From: a virus
Length of the DNA stretch: 45,808 nt
IMG/VR virus record: IMGVR_UViG_3300045988_088177
Location: 1 to 45,808 of that record
Direction: 5' to 3' (one strand)
Shown here: piece after piece, positions 40,166-45,808 of the stretch
Layout of the letters: the number at the start of each line of letters is the position of its first letter
Position numbering within the stretch: the first letter of the stretch is position 1
Made by a program: the position numbers and the translations under genes
Notes under the pieces: model-generated
What the model was told of the DNA's origin: nothing
The model's input: only the letters and a program-made list of their open reading frames with translations
The model's database searches: none

Positions 40166-40184
40166 GAACATTAGTTAAGAAAGT
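40151..40184. repeat. Two direct 12-bp repeats AGTTAAGAAAGT (candidate operators)
   Basis: Copies at 40151-40162 (overlapping the -35 and spacer of the leftward promoter) and 40173-40184, 22 bp apart. Confidence 0.7.
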
Positions 40185-40228
40185 TCTCTTTCTACCATCT
40201 GCACAAAAATGGAAGGTGTTTTTACACT

Positions 40229-40555
40229 ATGTTTTACAAAAAGTTTATCGGACTATGCAACGAGAACAGAGTAACCCCTTCTTACGTTGGAAATCAAATA
40301 GGCGTATCAAAGGCGGCTGTATCTGGGTGGAAAACAGGTTCCATGCCTAGAGACACCCAGCTGGCAAAGATCGCTGACTACTTCGGTGTTCCTGTCTCCT
40401 ACTTCTCTGAGGAAACCCCGGAAACGGAAAAATCCCCGGCTCCCGACAGGGAAACCGAGGAGTTCGCCAGATACTTCGCCATGCTCACGCCGGAGCATCA
40501 GCAGCAGATTCGTTCTGCAATGGCTGAGTTGATAAAAGAGCAGCTTCAAGGGTAA
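40229..40555 (+). CDS. XRE-family HTH repressor (CI-position)
   Basis: NENRVTPSYVGNQIGVSKAAVSGWKTGSMPRDTQLAKIADYFGV is a classic XRE HTH. Confidence 0.85.
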   Translation: MFYKKFIGLCNENRVTPSYVGNQIGVSKAAVSGWKTGSMPRDTQLAKIADYFGVPVSYFSEETPETEKSPAPDRETEEFARYFAMLTPEHQQQIRSAMAELIKEQLQG

Positions 40556-40886
40556 GTATCTTCCTCTTATTCTCTTCGTTCAGCTGTTCCCACATTTCCA
40601 AAACCTCTTCCAACATTGTCGCCGCCCCTTTACAAGTTATTATCGAATGTACGTTCAATTCATACCTTATGTATAGCACTTGAAATGTCCGATAAAACGG
40701 ACTAATAATTGCCCCGCCGCCCGTGCCACAAGGCAGCGGGGCTGCCACCGGATGCGTTTATCCCTTGCCGGTTGGCGTACCATTATGGTACTCTGCGACG
40801 GTAGGTTTCGTAAATACGCACATCAGAAATTCCGGTGCTCTCATGAAAATCCACCGTTCTGTATTAGAAATGTAAGGGGGCAAACC

Positions 40887-41516
40887 ATGGCAAACCAGCA
40901 AATCATTCAGCAAATTTCTACAATTTGCGAAAATCTTCCTACGAAAATGAAGAACGCCAAGGAAGACCAGCGTAAAACGAACCAGCAAATCATAGACAGC
41001 ACCGGGCTGAGCGAATCTACCGTCAAAAAATTTTTCTCAGGGCATCTATCCGGGCCAAGCATCTATGATGTTACGGCCATAGCCATTGATCTGGGCCTTT
41101 CTCTTGATGAACTGATGGAGATTTCACCGCCAAGGCAAGACCAAAGCGCTGAAATTGCGCAGCTAAAAACCGAGCTCGCCCACAAAGAGGAAATGATTGC
41201 TGAGAAGGGCAAAGCCATATCCAGGCTGGAAGACAGAAGCCACATAATGGAAAATGAAATTTCTACAGTCCGTAGTAACTGGAAGGAAATTGCCTATGTA
41301 ACATCTGGTCTTTCTGTGCTGTTTGGTTTGCTCCTGATGGTATATGTAACCTTGGACGCTAGGAATCCAAATCTTGGCCTAATTAGGGGCACCACAACAG
41401 CCCCAATTGTGTACGTTGCGGCTTTTTCCATTATCGGAATGTGCTTGTATATCGTCCGAACAGTGGCAAGGCGAAACGCAAAAGGGAGGAAACGGGATGC
41501 AAACAATGCCCATTGA
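40887..41516 (+). CDS. Membrane-anchored HTH protein (XRE-like HTH, coiled coil, two TM helices)
   Basis: ATG at 40887 follows GGGGG. HTH is QQIIDSTGLSESTVKKFFSG...IYDVTAIAIDLGLSLDEL. TM segments are VTSGLSVLFGLLLMVYV and IVYVAAFSIIGMCLYIV. Confidence 0.7.
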   Translation: MANQQIIQQISTICENLPTKMKNAKEDQRKTNQQIIDSTGLSESTVKKFFSGHLSGPSIYDVTAIAIDLGLSLDELMEISPPRQDQSAEIAQLKTELAHKEEMIAEKGKAISRLEDRSHIMENEISTVRSNWKEIAYVTSGLSVLFGLLLMVYVTLDARNPNLGLIRGTTTAPIVYVAAFSIIGMCLYIVRTVARRNAKGRKRDANNAH

Positions 41517-43161
41517 CCTGTCGGCGCTGACTCCGGAGGAAAGGCAGCAGTTTGCGGAGAATCCTTCTGTGCTGTCCACAGACTGCGTGGCCACCTGCTG
41601 CCTGTATATGCGCTATTCCTCCGACCGGCAATCGGAACAGTCCATAGAGGGCCAGCTCCGGGAATTGATATCATACTGTATCCGGCAAGAATACCGTATT
41701 GCCGCCGTGTATGTGGACCGGGCAATATCTGCCCATACCAGCATGGCAAAACGTGTAGCATTTCAGCAGATGCTTGCAGACAGCAAGCGAGCCGCATGGA
41801 ACACCGTGCTCGTGTGGAAGCTTGACCGCTTCGCCCGGAACCGTCAGGACAGCGCCGCCGCCCGTGCCCTTCTGTACAAAAACGGCTGCGGCGTGGAATC
41901 CGCCACGGAGGCCATTTCCGCCACCAAGGAGGGCCGTCTCCTGGAATCTGTCTTGGAGGGTCTGAATGAATATTACTCCGACGAACTCCGGGAGAAAATC
42001 ATCCGCGGCAACCGGGAAAGCGCCCTAAAAGGGAACGCCCTGGGTGGTTCTGTTCCTCTTGGTTACAAAATCGAAAACAAAAAATGGGCAATTGACCCAC
42101 TAACCGCACCATTGGTGTCTGAGGCTTTCGACAGATACGCCAGCGGGGATACTGTAGCCGCCATCTGCGATGATTTTAACGCCAGAGGCTACCGTACAGC
42201 AAAGGGTGCTAAATTTAATAAAAGCAGTTTCAAGAATATCTTCCGAAACGAGAAATACATTGGCGTGTACAAATACAAGGATATTCGCCAGGAAGATTCT
42301 GTTCCGAGAATTGTCACAGACGATGTGTGGGCAAAGGTAAAAGCTCGTCTGAAAGTCAATGAGTCAGCCCCTGCCAGGGGAAAAGCCAAGGTGCCATATC
42401 TACTCGCCGGTAAGATTTTCTGTGGCCATTGCGGCTCTCAGATGGTCGGAGAGTGTGGCAGGAGCAAGAACGGCCATACCTACAATTACTACTCCTGCGC
42501 AGGTCGCAAAATCCGAAGGGACTGTAATAAAAAGCCAGTCCCGAAGGACTGGATAGAGGATATTGTTGTCCAGGATGCCTTGGAGGTCCTGACGGATGAT
42601 GTCATTGATTATGTCGCTACCGTCGCCGCCCGCCAGTCAGAAGAGGAAATACAGCAGAATACCAACATCCCCGCTATCCGGGAGCAGATCGCCGATATTG
42701 AACGCAAGGTGCGTAACCTGACCAAGGCTATAGAGACCAGCGGAATGGCCCCTGACACGCTGGTATCCAGGATTGCAGAATTGGAGTCCCAACGCAAAGG
42801 ATTATCCGCCCAGCTGTTGGAAGAGCAGCATTCCGTCATCCACCTAACCAAGGAAATGGTGGTCTACTACCTGGAATCCGTTCGTAAGCAGGCCGTCCCG
42901 CTGGAAACCCAGAAAAAGATGCTCATAGACCTGTTTGTCAACTCCGTCACAGTTTACGACGATGACCAGGGCTATTTCAAAATCATAACCGCTTACAATT
43001 TATCAGAAGTTCCGACAAAAACATATCGTGTTTCTACATCATTTGTAGAAGCCGGGAGTTCGGATACGGGGCCGAATGGTCCACCATTGGACGCAAATCC
43101 GAACACGATAACCGTTTCCGGAATGGTCTTCGTCCAAACCAGAAAACACGCCTTGCCGTAA
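41497..43161 (+). CDS. int: Large serine recombinase (integrase)
   Basis: ATG follows GGGAGG. Has the resolvase core (YMRYSSDRQ...WKLDRFARN), a recombinase domain, a zinc ribbon (CGHCGS...YYSCAGRKIRRDC) and a coiled coil. 554 aa. Confidence 0.9.
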   Translation: MQTMPIDLSALTPEERQQFAENPSVLSTDCVATCCLYMRYSSDRQSEQSIEGQLRELISYCIRQEYRIAAVYVDRAISAHTSMAKRVAFQQMLADSKRAAWNTVLVWKLDRFARNRQDSAAARALLYKNGCGVESATEAISATKEGRLLESVLEGLNEYYSDELREKIIRGNRESALKGNALGGSVPLGYKIENKKWAIDPLTAPLVSEAFDRYASGDTVAAICDDFNARGYRTAKGAKFNKSSFKNIFRNEKYIGVYKYKDIRQEDSVPRIVTDDVWAKVKARLKVNESAPARGKAKVPYLLAGKIFCGHCGSQMVGECGRSKNGHTYNYYSCAGRKIRRDCNKKPVPKDWIEDIVVQDALEVLTDDVIDYVATVAARQSEEEIQQNTNIPAIREQIADIERKVRNLTKAIETSGMAPDTLVSRIAELESQRKGLSAQLLEEQHSVIHLTKEMVVYYLESVRKQAVPLETQKKMLIDLFVNSVTVYDDDQGYFKIITAYNLSEVPTKTYRVSTSFVEAGSSDTGPNGPPLDANPNTITVSGMVFVQTRKHALP

Positions 43162-43184
43162 TTGGCAGGGCGTGTCCTTTTTAT
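43146..43184 (+). terminator. Intrinsic terminator after int
   Basis: ACACGCCTTGCC-gtaatt-GGCAGGGCGTGT (one G-U pair) followed by CCTTTTTAT. Confidence 0.75.
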
Positions 43185-43188
43185 GTTC

Positions 43189-43214
43189 TAAACTGGTCGA
43201 TTTCGGCCAGTTTA
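43189..43214. repeat. Perfect 8-bp inverted repeat TAAACTGG-N10-CCAGTTTA (attP-core candidate)
   Basis: Read directly from the sequence. It lies between the int terminator and the converging gene's stop codon. Confidence 0.35.
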
Positions 43215-43529
43215 CTTTTTGTACATCCCTTGCAGGACACCGACCTTCTCCGCTTTCTCGATCGCCCGCTTATGCAGGTACTCGTAGACCGCCATCATGT
43301 CCGCAGGCGGTTCACCCTTCTCCCGGCGGTAAGCATCGATCAGGCGGACCACGTTCTTATGCAGGGCGTTCATGTGATTCATTTCCTCACCGGATAGCTT
43401 GTAGAAAAGTTCCGCCGTCTCCGGGTCTGTGGTGCGGTATTCTAAAGCTAGCTCCGCATAGGTGTGAGCGTCGCGCAGCTCGTCCTCTATGTGCTCCATC
43501 AGAATTTTGATTTCCTTCATTTCTTTCAC
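43212..43529 (-). CDS. Hypothetical helical protein
   Basis: 105-aa ORF. Confidence 0.55.
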   Translation of the reverse strand: MKEMKEIKILMEHIEDELRDAHTYAELALEYRTTDPETAELFYKLSGEEMNHMNALHKNVVRLIDAYRREKGEPPADMMAVYEYLHKRAIEKAEKVGVLQGMYKK

Positions 43530-43858
43530 GCCTCCCGTATATATTCCATCAACCGGTCCACCTCGGCCCGGTCGAAGCTCATCCGCCCCAAAAAGGGCAC
43601 ATCGATTTCCATGGGCTTCACGATCTTCGGCGCATAGGCCGCATAGACCGCCTCAGCGTCCACCATGCCGTTTTCGATTACTCCCAATGCCTTTACCGCC
43701 GGATTCTTTTCCAGCTCATCCAGCAGCCCGGGGGCCCTTCTTGCAAGCAGTGCCGCAGCCCCCGCCACCGCCAGCGCCTTCATTTCCGGCAGTCTGGGCA
43801 GGATTTCCTTTTCTATGTACATTGCCGCACCGGCAATTACCTTCTCTTTTGCAATCAT
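43526..43858 (-). CDS. Hypothetical protein
   Basis: ATG at 43858 follows GGAGGA. The track start at 43870 is a TTG. Confidence 0.55.
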   Translation of the reverse strand: MIAKEKVIAGAAMYIEKEILPRLPEMKALAVAGAAALLARRAPGLLDELEKNPAVKALGVIENGMVDAEAVYAAYAPKIVKPMEIDVPFLGRMSFDRAEVDRLMEYIREA

Positions 43859-43904
43859 ATTATCCTCCAATCAGGGGCGGCCTTCGCCGCCCCCCTTTGG
43901 CCTA

Positions 43905-44363
43905 TTAGGTGGAAGCCGCCGCAGCGGGAGCCGTCCAGCTGTTCTTAGCAGGCATAGGCTCCGGGCACACGTTGCCGATGGGGATGACGGTCTTCGTCAG
44001 CCCGGACAGCGTGGCGATCTGGTTCTGCATGCAGCTGATGTTCGCCGTGATCTGGGCGTTCACAACTGCCTGTGCAGAAATCTGCCCCTCGACGCCCCGC
44101 AGCCGCCCGTCAAGATACTGGTACATTTCCAGAATCTTGCTGTCGGTGTAGGTGTTGGCGTCCCGCAGTTTGATGTCGGATTTCAGGGCCGCGATCTCCG
44201 CAGCCTGTCCGGCCTCGTAGCGGTTCACAACGTGGTCGCCCTCGGAACCGGCGCAGCCGTTCAGGATACCGCCGTTTCCGGCCATACCCAGCAGCGTGGC
44301 AATGCCGCCGATGTAGCCGCCAATGCCGCCCACCCGGTCAGCTGCCGTAAAGTTCAGTGCCAT
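43905..44363 (-). CDS. Hypothetical protein (Gly-rich hydrophobic N-terminus, coiled-coil centre)
   Basis: ATG at 44363 follows GGAGGA. Confidence 0.55.
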   Translation of the reverse strand: MALNFTAADRVGGIGGYIGGIATLLGMAGNGGILNGCAGSEGDHVVNRYEAGQAAEIAALKSDIKLRDANTYTDSKILEMYQYLDGRLRGVEGQISAQAVVNAQITANISCMQNQIATLSGLTKTVIPIGNVCPEPMPAKNSWTAPAAAAST

Positions 44364-44417
44364 AGTGATTCCTCCAAATCTAAATTCAGAGTGGGCCCTC
44401 TCTGTACCCATATCATA

Positions 44418-44458
44418 GCAAAAACCCCGGCGATGGAATCCTCATCCATTCGCCGGGG
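44418..44458 (-). terminator. Intrinsic terminator (A-tract/T-tract flanked, possibly bidirectional)
   Basis: CCCCGGCGATGGA...TCCATTCGCCGGGG. The minus RNA is followed by UUUUUGC. Confidence 0.7.
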
Positions 44459-44493
44459 TTTCGTCATATTTTCGTCAGCGAATTGCAGGCAAG

Positions 44494-44730
44494 TTAGAAT
44501 TTCAAGTTTTCCGGCAGCTTATCACTGTATTTCCGGCAGAATTCATACTTTTGCCTTAATTTTCTGACCGTTCGTGTAATTGTGGCAAGGGACACATGAA
44601 ACTTGTGGCACTGTTTCGCTTGGCTCCATCCGGCGGCCCGGGTGCGGAGTATCTGTTCTTCCAGCGGCGTTAAAATCGCCAGGGAGCAGAATTCTTCCAG
44701 TATCACCCGGTTCCAGGGAACCGTGTCCAC
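44494..44730 (-). CDS. Small sigma-70 region-4 / LuxR-like HTH protein (candidate phage transcription regulator)
   Basis: LTPLEEQILRTRAAGWSQAKQCHKFHVSLATITRTVRKLRQKY. Confidence 0.55.
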   Translation of the reverse strand: MDTVPWNRVILEEFCSLAILTPLEEQILRTRAAGWSQAKQCHKFHVSLATITRTVRKLRQKYEFCRKYSDKLPENLKF

Positions 44731-44737
44731 TCAGCCG

Positions 44738-45091
44738 TCAATCCTCCTTTTCTTCTTCGCCCTCTTCAGCCGCACCAGGCAGCGCCACAGCCTCAAAGAC
44801 CTCCTGCTGCATATCCCGGACAGTGGCCTCGATCAGTGCGTCCACGGTATCGATATCCAGCTTGTAGCCCTTGGATTCCAGGAACCTGCGTACGTAATTT
44901 TTCTTCACATCGCCCATGCCGGATTCGTTGTAGATCATCTCTGCGGCCTTCACGCCGACAGCGGTCCACTTCTGGATCTCTTTCAGCTTTTCGTTACTGA
45001 TTTTCGTCCGAATCCACGGAATCAGGAAGGTGGTCAGCAGCAGCCCGATCAGGGTGATAAAAGCGTTTACAATAGGGGTAAGATCAATCAT
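44738..45091 (-). CDS. Holin (LL-H-like: N-terminal TM plus charged tail)
   Basis: MIDLTPIVNAFITLIGLLLTTFLIPWI with an acidic C-terminus. GAGGAGGA RBS. Confidence 0.65.
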   Translation of the reverse strand: MIDLTPIVNAFITLIGLLLTTFLIPWIRTKISNEKLKEIQKWTAVGVKAAEMIYNESGMGDVKKNYVRRFLESKGYKLDIDTVDALIEATVRDMQQEVFEAVALPGAAEEGEEEKED

Positions 45092-45104
45092 TTTTATTTC
45101 CTCC

Positions 45105-45404
45105 TCAGTTATTATGTAACGGTAGTTTCTTTACCTCCTCCATTACCCTTTTCGCAGAGCCGTTTCCCCCGGCTGCTGCGTAGGGCTCGTAGAGGTAATC
45201 GTTCAAATTCTCGTACTCGTCCTGGGTGATGGAGCCTCGCTCCACGTATTTCATGCCCAGGTAGGTAATTCTGTCGTGGGCAATACCCACCAGCAGACGG
45301 GTGTTCGCGTCCTTCTTGGCTCTGCGGGCTTCCAGGTAGCCCCAAAATCCAGCAGAGCCCAGCAGGGTGAGCACCACAGTCAAAACCGTTTGCTTCCAGT
45401 CCAT
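45105..45404 (-). CDS. Single-pass membrane protein of the lysis cassette
   Basis: MDWKQTVLTVVLTLLGSAGFWGYL forms the TM segment. AAGGAGAG RBS. Confidence 0.55.
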   Translation of the reverse strand: MDWKQTVLTVVLTLLGSAGFWGYLEARRAKKDANTRLLVGIAHDRITYLGMKYVERGSITQDEYENLNDYLYEPYAAAGGNGSAKRVMEEVKKLPLHNN

Positions 45405-45419
45405 TGGCCTCTCTCCTTT

Positions 45420-45808
45420 TTAGTTCCCGATATCCATATGCACATGCTGCGCATCGATGGCGTAGCAGTACACCACGTTTTTCTGCTTCCGCACAATGCT
45501 CAGCACCTCAGCCGCCGACAGCCCCGGGATGCGAAAATCCATAGCGTGCCCCAGCAGGTGCCGGGAGTTCCACACGCCCCCAACCTCCGCGTTGTGGGTC
45601 TTGCACCGCACCGTGCTCGTGGGGACCATGGGCTTTCCCGCCGCCTCCCGCACCGCGTCCGCAAGCCGCATCAGCTTTTCTGCGGGCTCCACCGGGAAGC
45701 CGCCGCACTTGCCGCAGGAGCAGGCAATGTAGGGCTCGTTCCTGGAAAAATAGCGGATGTCCTTCCAGAAGCGCTCCGCCTCCTGCTTCCGAAAGCGGCC
45801 CTGGAATA
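45420..45808 (-). CDS. Endolysin, 3' part (peptidase M15-type catalytic domain); 5' part is at 239..1
   Basis: ...CSCGKCGGFPVEP...VRCKTHNAEVGGVWNSRHLLGHAMDFRI... matches the zinc D,D-/L,D-peptidase pattern (H..G.A.D). The frame is open to the window end. Confidence 0.75.
   Translation of the reverse strand, partial: FQGRFRKQEAERFWKDIRYFSRNEPYIACSCGKCGGFPVEPAEKLMRLADAVREAAGKPMVPTSTVRCKTHNAEVGGVWNSRHLLGHAMDFRIPGLSAAEVLSIVRKQKNVVYCYAIDAQHVHMDIGN
45745..45808. repeat. Terminal direct repeat, copy 2 (identical to 1..64)
   Basis: Exact 64/64 identity. Confidence 0.95.

Noticed and set aside
40715-40760. GC-rich nested hairpin GCCCCGC...GCGGGGC downstream of the repressor gene, considered as a terminator.
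   Set aside because: It has no U-tract on either strand and lies 160 nt past the stop codon. Function is undetermined, so it was not called.
1-45808. Looked for CRISPR arrays, a reverse transcriptase/DGR (because of the fibre genes), transposases, and stop-codon reassignment.
   Set aside because: No regularly spaced direct repeats were found beyond the short iterons and operators listed. No RT or transposase motifs appeared in any frame. All recognised genes terminate normally with the standard code.

Overview
The window is one complete, self-closing phage genome. Bases 1-64 equal 45745-45808, so the unique length is 45,744 bp. It is a temperate siphovirus-type dsDNA phage or excised prophage with Gram-positive style signals: GGAGG ribosome-binding sites, many GTG/TTG starts, and ATGA/GTGA-coupled genes. 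Almost all genes are on the minus strand.

In transcription order:
- Lysis-lysogeny switch at 39.9-40.2 kb. An XRE repressor, a membrane-anchored HTH protein and a large serine integrase sit on the plus strand at 40.2-43.2 kb.
- Early recombination and replication genes: YqaJ-like exonuclease, RecT, SSB, RusA, a replisome organiser with embedded iterons, and a DnaC-like loader.
- A DNA-modification / anti-restriction cluster at 32.5->29.2 kb: a frameshifted C5-methyltransferase-like gene, two radical SAM enzymes, Lar and ASCH.
- A run of small Cys-rich proteins.
- terS plus an HNH endonuclease at 26.4->25.2 kb.
- A 5.2-kb accessory insertion with its own divergent consensus promoters, a short serine recombinase and a plus-strand operon (25.2->20.0 kb).
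- terL.
- An Arc/Mnt/Ant-like module at 17.9->16.1 kb.
- Portal, two tRNAs, scaffold, capsid, connectors, major tail protein, G/GT chaperones with a canonical -1 slippery site, tape measure and tail tip/fibres.
- An endolysin that spans the circular junction, membrane/holin proteins, a small HTH protein and three unknown genes next to the integrase.

No CRISPR array, rRNA, reverse transcriptase or transposase was seen.

The best candidates for something new are:
1. The self-regulated accessory module that splits terS/HNH from terL.
2. The two-RHH plus antirepressor unit between terL and portal. It shares a 23-nt promoter element with the portal promoter.
3. The radical-SAM / methyltransferase / Lar / ASCH cluster, whose methyltransferase is broken at a G8 tract.
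4. A conserved 10-bp-stem palindrome placed in front of two operons.
5. Intrinsic terminators embedded in the late operon.

All functional calls rest on motif-level reading of the translations. No database search was run.
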